Assembly (NCBI GenBank): GCA_040905705.1
Contig: JBBDQZ010000076.1
Span: 1,403-65,402 of the forward strand
Direction: 5' to 3'
Origin: Balneolales bacterium
Lineage (GTDB): Bacteria; Bacteroidota; Rhodothermia; Balneolales; Natronogracilivirgulaceae
DNA length: 64,000 bases
Part shown: piece after piece, positions 1 to 9,108 of the stretch
How positions within the stretch are numbered: position 1 is the first letter of the stretch
Layout of the letters: every line of letters begins with the position of its first letter
Program-made: the position numbers and the translations under genes
The notes under the pieces: model-generated
What the model was told of the DNA's origin: nothing
Databases searched by the model: none
What the model saw: the letters and a program-made list of their open reading frames with translations, nothing else

Positions 1-284
1 TGTGTTTTCCCAAAACTCACGCTATCGCACACAGGTTTAATCCCCTTATTCCGCCACTCCAATCATCATCGGTGGTCGACCGGGATTCATAGGTAATTGT
101 CGAACGAGCCAGCCGGGTTATTTTACTGGCCTGGAGAACCGACATGCCATGCTCATCAATTAATGCATAGCTGTTGATTATTCATTTCGAACCCGTTATA
201 AAATACAGCATTGACTAATAATACCAGCTGCATATCGAAACGGACTATAGGCGGACTCAAATCGATTTTTTTGGGTATGTAATC

Positions 285-332
285 ATAAAAAACAAACCCT
301 TGCCACGCTAATATGTTACGCAACAAGGGTTT
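285..332 (-). terminator. Rho-independent terminator downstream of tRNA-Arg
   Basis: Perfect 9-bp inverted repeat AAACCCTTG (294-302) / CAAGGGTTT (324-332). On the minus strand the hairpin is followed by GTTTTTTAT (plus-strand A-run 287-292). Confidence 0.6.
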
Positions 333-339
333 ATATAAG

Positions 340-413
<74 letters not shown>

Positions 414-617
414 ATTCATTTAATGCCCTCAAAAATAAGGTTTTCCCGTCTTGAGAACAAGCTCGTGGTTAAATCTTGCACACCGTGTTGACGATCATTA
501 TGATCACCGGAGTAAAATAAATTTGGGCGGATAAACACTCCGGATCCGAGGTTGTTCCGGGAAAAAATGGACAATTCAGCGGGTGGACGAACACGGCTGA
601 GATTACACATACAAGTG

Positions 618-657
618 AAAAAAAACGCATCCTGCCGGCGCGGGCAGGATGCGTTTT
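618..657 (-). terminator. Rho-independent terminator of the 97-aa ORF
   Basis: 13-bp perfect stem AACGCATCCTGCC (624-636) / GGCAGGATGCGTT (643-655) with loop GGCGCG. On the minus strand it is followed by a T-run (plus-strand A-run 618-625). It starts 6 nt after the ORF stop at 663. Confidence 0.8.
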
Positions 658-662
658 CCGCT

Positions 663-956
663 TTATGATACCAGGTGGTCTGATAGCATGCGGCTTCTGT
701 TTACTTCATCGCTTGTGCCAATACGATCACCCCGGCAAGCAGCCCCGGCCTCAACGATAATGGCGGTCCCGACTTCGAACGCACTCTGATCACCGGAATT
801 TATCGCAGAAGCAACCTGGGTATTTACATATGTGAAGACGTCGCCCGTGGTGGTACCATCTTCATGGTATTCTCCTTGTATAGTTTTCTTGATTGTTTGG
901 ATTTGACAATAGGGGGAATCAATGCTTATAGATTTATACAGTCTGTTGTTACTCAA
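663..956 (-). CDS. Hypothetical small protein (97 aa, TTG start)
   Basis: This is the only ORF of at least 60 aa here, and a strong terminator follows it immediately. I recognise no family, signal peptide or TM segment. Confidence 0.45.
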   Translation of the reverse strand: MSNNRLYKSISIDSPYCQIQTIKKTIQGEYHEDGTTTGDVFTYVNTQVASAINSGDQSAFEVGTAIIVEAGAACRGDRIGTSDEVNRSRMLSDHLVS

Positions 957-1322
957 TGACTAAGGGATATTTTTCAACGATTCCGCAAATCCAATGGAAG
1001 GTTTTTGTACTTCATCCTGTTTGTTATATCGCTGCTCCGGTTTTTACCATTGCAGGTTACCTGGTAAGACGGTCATATAAATGAAGGGTTACAACATTTC
1101 TGCCTGGTGGGGGGAGTAATTAAATACACACGGGATTTATTGACAAGGTGTTCGTCGGAAAGGAACAGTGTGAACACAAATCAACGGTGAGGCAGGGTAA
1201 GCTTACAGCAGGAAAACCGATCCTCTTTTGATCTTCTTGATGTAATCAAATCCCCGCCTCCTCCCATTCAGAAAGGGGTATTGAAGGCAGGGATCTGATA
1301 AGATCGTTAAGGCCGTGCTCTG

Positions 1323-2633
1323 TTAGTACCGGTACGATTCAGTCTTGAACGGGCCGGTTTTAGGAACACCAATGTATTCTGATTGTTCGTCGCTCAGTTC
1401 ATCGATTTCCACACCGATTTTCTTCAGGTGCAGGCGTGCCACTTTTTCATCCAGATCTTTGGGCAGTACGTGTACGCCCACCTCGAAATCATCAGGACGT
1501 TGCCAGAGGGCCATCTGGGCCAGTGTCTGGTTGGTGAAACTGTTGCTCATCACAAAACTCGGATGCCCCGTGGCGTTGCCGAGGTTCATAAGACGCCCTT
1601 GTGAAAGCAGAATAATCTCGCGGCCGTCAGCAAACCGGAACATATCCACCTGGGGCTTGATGTTGATTTCCTCGGCATGGTCTTTCAGCCATTGAACATC
1701 AATCTCGTTATCGAAATGGCCGATATTGCCCACAATGGCCTTGTCCTTCATGTTCATGAAATGCTCTTTGGTGAGGATATTGCAGTTGCCGGTTGCTGTA
1801 ACCACTATATCAGCCTCTTTGACAGCATCACTCATTTTTTTCACATCATGGCCGTCCATCGCGGCCTGAAGCGCACAAATCGGATCAATTTCAGTTACCA
1901 TTACCCGTGCTCCGGCGCCGCGCAGCGAGGCGGATGAGCCTTTACCCACGTCTCCATATCCTGCGACGACAGCCACTTTTCCGGCCAGCATCACATCGGT
2001 TGCACGACGAATGGCATCCACGCAGGATTCGCGGCATCCGTATTTGTTGTCAAACTTCGATTTGGTAACCGAGTCGTTCACGTTGATCGCGGGAACGGGA
2101 AGGGTTCCCTCCCTCATTCGATCATAAAGGCGATGTACTCCGGTAGTGGTTTCCTCGGAAATTCCGTATAGATTTTTTGCCAATTCAGGATAGTTGTCGA
2201 GGACCATGTTGGTCAGGTCTCCTCCATCATCCAGGATCAGACTCAACGGCTGTCCGTCATCAAAAAACAGGGTCTGTTCAATACACCAGTTGTATTCCTC
2301 TTCGGTCAGGCCTTTCCATGCATATACCGGAACACCCGTTTTGGCGATGGCGGCGGCGGCATGATCCTGGGTCGAATAGATGTTGCAGGAGGACCACTGC
2401 ACCTTTGCCCCCAGTTCTATCAGGGTTTCAATCAGGACCGCTGTCTGGATAGTCATGTGAAGACAACCGGCAATCCGGGCTCCTTTCAAGGGTTTTTGAG
2501 CACCATATTCCTCGCGCAAAGCCATCAATCCGGGCATTTCAGCCTCGGCAAGATGGATTTCCTTGCGGCCGTACTCATGCAGGGATATATCGGCTACTTT
2601 GTAGGGCAATTTTTTCTCTTTAACTGTAGACAT
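1323..2633 (-). CDS. ahcY: Adenosylhomocysteinase (S-adenosyl-L-homocysteine hydrolase)
   Basis: Full-length match to the AhcY family, including the [16 protein letters not shown]-terminus, [13 protein letters not shown] and the NAD-binding GYGDVGKG motif. The ORF extends to a TTG at 2639; I chose the ATG at 2633. Confidence 0.95.
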   Translation of the reverse strand: MSTVKEKKLPYKVADISLHEYGRKEIHLAEAEMPGLMALREEYGAQKPLKGARIAGCLHMTIQTAVLIETLIELGAKVQWSSCNIYSTQDHAAAAIAKTGVPVYAWKGLTEEEYNWCIEQTLFFDDGQPLSLILDDGGDLTNMVLDNYPELAKNLYGISEETTTGVHRLYDRMREGTLPVPAINVNDSVTKSKFDNKYGCRESCVDAIRRATDVMLAGKVAVVAGYGDVGKGSSASLRGAGARVMVTEIDPICALQAAMDGHDVKKMSDAVKEADIVVTATGNCNILTKEHFMNMKDKAIVGNIGHFDNEIDVQWLKDHAEEINIKPQVDMFRFADGREIILLSQGRLMNLGNATGHPSFVMSNSFTNQTLAQMALWQRPDDFEVGVHVLPKDLDEKVARLHLKKIGVEIDELSDEQSEYIGVPKTGPFKTESYRY

Positions 2634-2805
2634 ACACAACGATATTTTTTAATTCATCTTTCAGTTTTGATCCAGTTCCTGGATTATAGATATCAATAAA
2701 TAAAAATGGATAAAAAAGCATTCATATGGTCGCACAAGGTCTTTTTTTGTACCTCCAAATGCAACCCCTGTTTATGAAACACTTAACGAGACCCCCGGAG
2801 GCTGC

Positions 2806-3324
2806 TTACAGGTGATTTTCTATGATTTCCCGGGTGTTTTCATAGTCGGCATCCGGCCCCTGGCTTCCCAAAACAGATTTAATATGCTGGCCGTTCGGAT
2901 TCACATACACTTTATATGGAAGACTATGAACACCAAGATCGCGGGCAAGATCTTCGCCAAAAGCAAACACAAAATCGTAATTGTTGTTGTCGACAAACTT
3001 CTGCACTTGTTCAGGTGTATCCATGTAGCCGGGAGAAACGGCGAGTACAACGAAATCATCAGGATAGTCATCCATCAGTTTTTGAAGGGTTGGCATGCTG
3101 ATGAGGCATGGAGTGCACCATGTTTCCCAAATATCAATTAAAATGGTTTTACCCTCAAAATCTTTCAGTGTCAATTCCTCACCCTCAAGATCTCTTAAAA
3201 CGGCATTAAAGAGAATCTGGTCGACTTCGGATACTTCCGAGGTATCGCTTTTTGATGTATTTGCCAGATGAATACCCGCGATAATCAATAAAAGGAAGAG
3301 GATGGATAAAGCAGCTCGTGTCAT
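2806..3324 (-). CDS. TlpA/ResA-like periplasmic thiol-disulfide oxidoreductase (thioredoxin fold)
   Basis: WCTPC active-site motif and redoxin-like layout. The N-terminal signal/anchor is MTRAALSILFLLLIIAG. The ATG at 3324 was chosen over the longer ORF start at 3366. Confidence 0.85.
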   Translation of the reverse strand: MTRAALSILFLLLIIAGIHLANTSKSDTSEVSEVDQILFNAVLRDLEGEELTLKDFEGKTILIDIWETWCTPCLISMPTLQKLMDDYPDDFVVLAVSPGYMDTPEQVQKFVDNNNYDFVFAFGEDLARDLGVHSLPYKVYVNPNGQHIKSVLGSQGPDADYENTREIIENHL

Positions 3325-3590
3325 AACAGAACAATCCTTAATATGAAAAATGTAACCAGGGAGCACCCTGAATGTTCAAAGATAACTAACTTTCAGAAAT
3401 AAATATTGTAAAAGGCTATGGCTGTAATCGAAGTCATTGCGAAATCAGGCATTTTATGCCTATCTTACGGATTCCGTTTATGGCCAGTTGCCAATGTTTA
3501 CGGGAATTTTGATGATTCCTTTAATGACTCCGGAATAGCTATTAATCAACGGTGTGTTTAACTAACCGGCGGTCTGTTGAAATATTATTT

Positions 3591-4346
3591 ATGAGTATCG
3601 ATACCATTCAAAAGCAGCGTTTTGAGCACAAATATGTGATCCCTGAAAAGGTCTCTTCGGGCATCCGTGATTTTATTTCGTGCTATTTGGATCTCGACTC
3701 GTATGGGGCCACGCAGCCCAATTTGTCCTATCCCGTGCATAGTATTTATCTGGACTCCCCCACCATGCGGACCTACCAGGAAACGGTAAATGGCGACCGC
3801 AATCGTTATAAACTGCGTATTCGATACTATGAAATGTCGGATGAGGCGCCGGTCTATTTTGAGATAAAGCGCAGACATGACAGGATAATTGCGAAGAAGC
3901 GGGCCATCGTACATCGGCGTTTTGCCCGCGATCTGGTTAGAGGATTTATTCCAGGCACGGCCGGGCTGGTAGACCCTTCTTCAGAACAACTGGATGCACT
4001 TTTGGATTTCACACGCTTTGTCTATCAGCTTAATGCAGAGCCCAAAGCACATGTCTCCTACTTGCGTGAAGCTTGGATGGCAGATGGTGCCAATAAAATA
4101 CGTGTGACCATGGATCGTAAAGTGATTATCGAACCACAAAAACGGCTGAATTTTTCAACGGATTTACAGAATTCCCAACCGGTGTTCGGCAGGAATGTAA
4201 TTCTGGAACTGAAGTTTACCAATCGATTTCCCATCTGGTTCAGAGAGATGGTTCAGATTTTTGGCCTTCAGCCGGGTGCCGCGGCAAAATACGTGGATGG
4301 GGTTTCCAATACGGGAGAATTTCGTTTTATACGCTCCAGTGTCTGA
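3591..4346 (+). CDS. VTC domain protein (polyphosphate polymerase-like, triphosphate tunnel fold)
   Basis: RFEHKYVIP and YFEIKRR strands plus R/K-rich beta-strand spacing are typical of bacterial VTC (PF09359-type) proteins. The ATG at 3591 sits inside an ORF that opens at 3552. Confidence 0.8.
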   Translation: MSIDTIQKQRFEHKYVIPEKVSSGIRDFISCYLDLDSYGATQPNLSYPVHSIYLDSPTMRTYQETVNGDRNRYKLRIRYYEMSDEAPVYFEIKRRHDRIIAKKRAIVHRRFARDLVRGFIPGTAGLVDPSSEQLDALLDFTRFVYQLNAEPKAHVSYLREAWMADGANKIRVTMDRKVIIEPQKRLNFSTDLQNSQPVFGRNVILELKFTNRFPIWFREMVQIFGLQPGAAAKYVDGVSNTGEFRFIRSSV

Positions 4347-4362
4347 TTAAAAAATATAAACC

Positions 4363-5049
4363 ATGCAAGACTGGATTTATTTTGGAGATGTGGCGCCGGT
4401 GCCAACGGATTTTACAGCGCTGTTTATGGCTCTGCTTCTCGCTTTTTTGTGCGGACAAATCCTGGCATGGGTGTACATGTATACCCATACGGGCCTTTCC
4501 TATTCCCGTACGTATGTCAGTTCACTCATTTTGATTCCCATCACCGTTTCATTAGTGATGATGGTGCTGGATAATAACCTGGTCACAGCATTCAGCCTGA
4601 TGGCGGTATTTGCCATTGTCCGTTTCCGTAACATTGTCCGGGATACCCTTGATACCGTTTACATCCTGAGCCTCATTGTCATAGGAATGGCATGCGGAAC
4701 GCAGCGGTTTTCTACTGCGCTGATCGGTACGTTTGTGGCATCCGGTGTGCTGATGTACATCTGGTTCACGTCATTCGGCAGTCGGCAACGATATGACCTT
4801 ATTGTAAACCTTCATTGGTCGGAATCAATGAAGAAGCTCACGGATTTGCAGCATATGCTGGAACGACATGCACTGAAAGTTCATATGGCAAGCCAGCGGT
4901 CTGCTGATGAAGAAGAGGGGGCGGATCTTTCGTACAGGCTGCTCCTCCGGGATCCGAACAGAGTGCAGGATCTGCTGAACGACCTTCAGGAAAACACAGC
5001 CATCACACGCGTAACCACGATAAGAGCCGAAGAGGAGTCTGAAGTTTGA
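4363..5049 (+). CDS. DUF4956 family polytopic membrane protein
   Basis: About 5 predicted TM helices, the conserved AIVRFRN segment and a roughly 85-aa soluble C-terminal tail. It starts 16 nt after the VTC gene, which is the usual partner of DUF4956. Confidence 0.75.
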   Translation: MQDWIYFGDVAPVPTDFTALFMALLLAFLCGQILAWVYMYTHTGLSYSRTYVSSLILIPITVSLVMMVLDNNLVTAFSLMAVFAIVRFRNIVRDTLDTVYILSLIVIGMACGTQRFSTALIGTFVASGVLMYIWFTSFGSRQRYDLIVNLHWSESMKKLTDLQHMLERHALKVHMASQRSADEEEGADLSYRLLLRDPNRVQDLLNDLQENTAITRVTTIRAEEESEV

Positions 5050-5062
5050 TTTGAAAAATATT

Positions 5063-6163
5063 ATGTCTGATAATCTGGATAAAATACCGGTACCCCTCTC
5101 TCAGAGATGGAGAGAAATCAGGGTAAAATTATTTCCGCTGCTTGTTTTTGTCCTGGTAGCGGGCGTCGTTGCCTGGCTATGGAAAGACAGGGTGGATACG
5201 GCCAATATGGTTGGAAAGGTGGTTGGGAAACAGGCCGAGGTACGTAGTCCCCGTTCCGGATCGCTGGCAGATATTGTGGTGCGGGCATTTGATACGGTTT
5301 CCGCCGGTGATCCGATTGGAAGACTTATCACAACGGATCCAAAAATTGTGGAAGCAGAACTGGCGGTTGTCCTGGCAGAAATCGAGCTGCTTCGTCTATC
5401 CATGGCCCCGTTTGCTGATCAGCAGCGTAATCTGATGGATTATGAGTCGATGCAAATAGAATTTATGGAAAACCGTGCACGGCTTGGGATGGCAAGAATT
5501 CGCTTACTCCAGTCGGAACGAGAGTATGATCGCATCAAGAGAATTTATGAAGATGGATTGACTTCGGTGGAAGCATATGAGCAGGTGGAGACGGATTATC
5601 TTGAGCTTGAAGAAGAAGTCAAAATTGTAGAGGAACTTGTGGAACGGCTCCAAAATCGGCTGGAGGCTGTTGATCTTAGTGAAATGATCAAGTTGTGGCA
5701 GGAAACAAATCCAAGAGCAGCAGCTATTGAGGTACATCAAAGGACACTGGACAAAATCAAAGCTGAAATGATGCCGATTGTACTTGAGGCTCCAATGAGC
5801 GGACAAATTGCGAGCGTTCAAAAAATGAGTGGAGAGTTCGTCAATGAGGGAGAGGTTGTTTTTCAGATCTATTCCTCTCAGCCCGATTACATAATTGCTC
5901 ATTTGCCTCATCCCGTGATGTTCGAACCGGAACCGGGAATGGAAGTGCTTGTACGCAAGCAAAATCGATCCGGTGAGGAAGCGATTATGCAGATCACCGA
6001 GGTCGGAGTACAGCTGGAAGCTATTGCAGATACATCAGAGCCCGTGTCATTGTTTCCCAATCAATTATTCGGCGCCACCGGACTGCCCCTTCGCATCCGT
6101 ATCAATCCGGTGCTGGATTTGAGGCCGGGCGAAATGGTTGACATGAGATTGTTGGCCCGATAA
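5063..6163 (+). CDS. HlyD-family membrane fusion protein (periplasmic adaptor), orphan
   Basis: N-terminal TM anchor (LFPLLVFVLVAGVVAWLW), a lipoyl-like hairpin (VRSPRSGSLADI..GDPIGRL and later APMSGQIASV..GEVVFQI) and a long coiled coil between them. The ORF opens at TTG 5051, 1 nt after the DUF4956 stop. Confidence 0.75.
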   Translation: MSDNLDKIPVPLSQRWREIRVKLFPLLVFVLVAGVVAWLWKDRVDTANMVGKVVGKQAEVRSPRSGSLADIVVRAFDTVSAGDPIGRLITTDPKIVEAELAVVLAEIELLRLSMAPFADQQRNLMDYESMQIEFMENRARLGMARIRLLQSEREYDRIKRIYEDGLTSVEAYEQVETDYLELEEEVKIVEELVERLQNRLEAVDLSEMIKLWQETNPRAAAIEVHQRTLDKIKAEMMPIVLEAPMSGQIASVQKMSGEFVNEGEVVFQIYSSQPDYIIAHLPHPVMFEPEPGMEVLVRKQNRSGEEAIMQITEVGVQLEAIADTSEPVSLFPNQLFGATGLPLRIRINPVLDLRPGEMVDMRLLAR

Positions 6164-6179
6164 ACACTTTTTTGCTTTG

Positions 6180-6273
6180 TTGTTACCACATCGTTATTGT
6201 CATGCCGGATTGGAATACATACACCTATATATCGTTATTGTTACCGTTATTTCGGTTTATGGTTATTAATAAC
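6180..6273. repeat. Cluster of GTTATT-containing direct and inverted repeats in the protease upstream region
   Basis: ATCGTTATTGT occurs at 6190-6200 and 6231-6241. TTGTTACC occurs at 6180-6187 and 6238-6245. CGTTATT recurs at 6245-6251. GTTATTAATAAC at 6262-6273 is a perfect 12-nt palindrome. Confidence 0.5.
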
Positions 6274-6408
6274 GATTTATCGGTGCTTGTTGGCAACATG
6301 TTCCCTGTTAAACGTTTATATTTAATTTTTGGAAACGCAAATATGTATTGTTGATATTGCGTTGATGAATCATCTTATCCTGATAACGAGACTTTTCAAT
6401 TTTTATAA

Positions 6409-9075
6409 GTGAGCAAATTTTTTTGCAAAAACGATCCAGCAAGCAGCAGTCAAATTAAAGTCATAACGGCGGTCTGGTGTCTGGCATGGTCGTTAATGGG
6501 GGCCTCACCTGCAATCCAGGAGGCCGGTGCGCAAGGCACATCCGGATTGTTTCCGTTACATCCGGAACGCCTGGAAGTATTGACTCATCAGGAACATTTG
6601 TTTTTTGAAACCCTTTGGGAAGCTGAAAATGAACGTGGAGGGCTGTGGGCGCCAGAGCAGGAAGCCGGGGACGGCCGATTTCAGGTTGGGTTAGGGCATG
6701 AGCCTGCCCGACATGAGGATAAGATCATTCATCTTACAGATTATCTCTATCGGATTCCGCAAATCAGGGATGCGCACAAAGCCTACCTTGAAATGCGTCG
6801 CCATCGACCGGATGAGTTACGGCAAATGCAGGATATGGCAAGTTATGAAGTAGGGGATACCCGGGATTTCCATGTTTATAACGTGGATGAAAGCAACGGA
6901 TCCAACCAGGTCTATGATCGTATTGCGTTTGAATTGAGAGAAATAGGGGTTAGATCCGAGATATGGGTGGAGCGGGATGAGTACGTAACCGGCAAAGTGG
7001 ATGATGATGTGGTCTCGGCCATGATGGAGGCATTTGAAAACAGTACCCCCAGTCGTTCTATTGATCCGGAACAGGGCATTATTACGAATAATATTGATAT
7101 TTTTGCAAAAGGTAATCCGGAATTGGTACCGGATCCGGATGGCAGCGGCAAGGTCAAAATCCTGATTGTAGATATTCAGGATGGGTGGGATTCGGAAGAA
7201 GGAGGAGGGTATGTGGCCGGTTTTTTCAATCCGGGCGATTTAAGCCCGGCCACCTCTAATCCCAACAGCAATCAGGCCGCGGTACTCTATATTGATTCTT
7301 ATCCCGGTATATATTCTGAAAATCGATCGCCGAATCCCAACCGTCCACTGAATACGGTAGCACATGAATTCCAGCATCTCATTCAGGCCGAACATGGTTA
7401 TCTGATCACATTTATGGACGAAGGTCAATCCGAGATTGCTGAAATTTTCAATGGATTCGATGCCCGGGTGATGAGTTTCCTGGACAATCCCGATGAAGTG
7501 AGCGGGGACGTGGAGGAGGAAGATGCAGACGGTTTTCTGCGGTGGCGGTCGAATAAGAATGAGGTATCAAGGGACTATGAAAGAGCCCAGTTATTTCACA
7601 GTTATCTCTATGAAAGGGTGGGCGTGGAGATTATCGGAAGTCTGACCCAGAGCAGTTCGGGTGCGCCCTGGACCCAGTATCAAAGGATTCTGGATAAGTC
7701 AGATCAGAATTTGGAATTACGTAATATCCTTGCGGAGTTTTATGTAGCAAACTGGTTGAACAACCGGGATATCGGAACGGAAATTTATGGGTATTCCCTG
7801 CCGCAACTTGCCGGGGTTCGCGTATCAATACCAGGCCGGCGATTCGCGAATTCCGATGAACGGCCGTGGATAAGCAACGAGCAAGTTCATTTGAGGTATG
7901 GAAGTGCCATGTACACTCATTGGCCGGATATTGAAGACCTTTCGATATATCTTGATACTTCGTCCGAAATACTTCATTATGCCATTGTTGAAGATGACAC
8001 GGGTAACATTCATGTTGTTAACATAGATGAACCGGAGTTCCATCTTGCAGGGAAGTTTAATTCGGTCGTTTTGGTTTCGGTTAATTCCGTTGTTGTATTG
8101 AATAGTGATGGTTATGGCAGCAGAGCGTTCAGCTATTCGGCCGAGTGGACGACACGCGCGTTTCGGGTGGTGGATCTCAATTATGCCAAAGCTCCGATTG
8201 CCGGTTATTATCCTGTTCCGAGGGCCGAAAATGAATCGACCACAATTCAGGGAGTTTCATTGCGGGTGGACCCTGAATATGACGGAGAACTGGTGGGTAT
8301 AGAAGTTCGGCTGGCACCTGGTGAAGAAGCGGTCCAGGGCACCGGCACTCTTCGTGTCAGTGTTACCAATTCAACGCAGAGTGGCGGGACGAGTGATGAT
8401 GAAAGGGATGCCGTTTTTGTGCCTGCGGGTCTGATAGCTTACAAGGATATCGATTTTGAGGACTTGAATACCTCATTGAACAGCATTGACTTAAGCGATC
8501 TTGATGTTAGCCTGGAAGCCGGACAGAATTATCATTTGGTACTTCATGTGATGGATGAGTCTGAAGATGCTGAACTCAGGTTCCTTCTGGATCAGGGATC
8601 GGATGATAAGGCTAATAATAACTACTATCCGGTTCGGACGTTACTTGCCGTCGTTAATCAGGACGGGGATGACGGTTGGGCACGATTTTCAGGTAAAGAG
8701 GGAGACCCAAATGACAATGACAATAAAAACCTGGACATGACGATACGGCTGCGGAGCTATATCCCTGTTACTGACGAATTCCCGGGTTTGGCGGTATCGA
8801 AAAGATTCAAGCTCCTTTCCAATTATCCCAATCCTTTTAATACAGGAACCATGATCCCGGTTAATATCCCTGTAAGTGTGCAGGGGAATGCCCCGGTTCG
8901 AATCGATTTGTATGATATCACCGGTCGACATGTCACCACACTGTTAGATGGACATCTTGATGCCGGGGTGCACCATGTACCATTCGAGGCTGAGAATCTG
9001 GCCAGTGGAATTTATATCGTGCGATTGCAGGCAGAAGGAAGCATCGATGCCCGGCAAATCACGTTAATTAAATAA
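6409..9075 (+). CDS. Secreted zinc metalloprotease (HEFQH, M30/hyicolysin-like) with T9SS C-terminal sorting domain
   Basis: N-terminal signal-like segment. AHEFQHLIQ is followed by MDEGQSE (gluzincin pattern). The C-terminal approx 80 aa (NYPNPFN...GIYIVRLQAEG...) match the Por secretion tail. GTG start. Confidence 0.8.
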   Translation: MSKFFCKNDPASSSQIKVITAVWCLAWSLMGASPAIQEAGAQGTSGLFPLHPERLEVLTHQEHLFFETLWEAENERGGLWAPEQEAGDGRFQVGLGHEPARHEDKIIHLTDYLYRIPQIRDAHKAYLEMRRHRPDELRQMQDMASYEVGDTRDFHVYNVDESNGSNQVYDRIAFELREIGVRSEIWVERDEYVTGKVDDDVVSAMMEAFENSTPSRSIDPEQGIITNNIDIFAKGNPELVPDPDGSGKVKILIVDIQDGWDSEEGGGYVAGFFNPGDLSPATSNPNSNQAAVLYIDSYPGIYSENRSPNPNRPLNTVAHEFQHLIQAEHGYLITFMDEGQSEIAEIFNGFDARVMSFLDNPDEVSGDVEEEDADGFLRWRSNKNEVSRDYERAQLFHSYLYERVGVEIIGSLTQSSSGAPWTQYQRILDKSDQNLELRNILAEFYVANWLNNRDIGTEIYGYSLPQLAGVRVSIPGRRFANSDERPWISNEQVHLRYGSAMYTHWPDIEDLSIYLDTSSEILHYAIVEDDTGNIHVVNIDEPEFHLAGKFNSVVLVSVNSVVVLNSDGYGSRAFSYSAEWTTRAFRVVDLNYAKAPIAGYYPVPRAENESTTIQGVSLRVDPEYDGELVGIEVRLAPGEEAVQGTGTLRVSVTNSTQSGGTSDDERDAVFVPAGLIAYKDIDFEDLNTSLNSIDLSDLDVSLEAGQNYHLVLHVMDESEDAELRFLLDQGSDDKANNNYYPVRTLLAVVNQDGDDGWARFSGKEGDPNDNDNKNLDMTIRLRSYIPVTDEFPGLAVSKRFKLLSNYPNPFNTGTMIPVNIPVSVQGNAPVRIDLYDITGRHVTTLLDGHLDAGVHHVPFEAENLASGIYIVRLQAEGSIDARQITLIK

Positions 9076-9108
9076 AGAGCTGTATCATCGATATTTTGGA
9101 CGGCCGGT

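Noticed and set aside
1-96. Open frame running from the window edge to a TAA at 94-96 on the plus strand (…HTGLIPLFRHSNHHRWSTGIHR*), possibly the 3' end of a gene.
   Set aside because: Only 31 codons are visible with no recognisable motif, so it cannot be told from chance. It is not reported as a feature.
2634-2805. Looked for an SAH riboswitch in the ahcY leader.
   Set aside because: The leader is AT-rich, and I see none of the GC-rich pseudoknot blocks I associate with the SAH element. An Rfam scan would settle it.
5504-5962. 152-aa ORF antisense to the HlyD-like gene. Similar cases are 46730-47296 (188 aa, opposite ppiD), 62643-63344 (233 aa, opposite the DUF4832-like gene) and 37737-38153 (138 aa, opposite clpX).
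   Set aside because: All are nested opposite ORFs with clear family signatures and have implausible composition. They are treated as shadow ORFs.
6172-6354. 60-aa plus-strand ORF in the spacer upstream of the protease.
   Set aside because: It lies entirely in an AT-rich repeat-laden intergenic region, has biased hydrophobic composition caused by T-rich codons and has no homolog-like features. It is more likely regulatory DNA.
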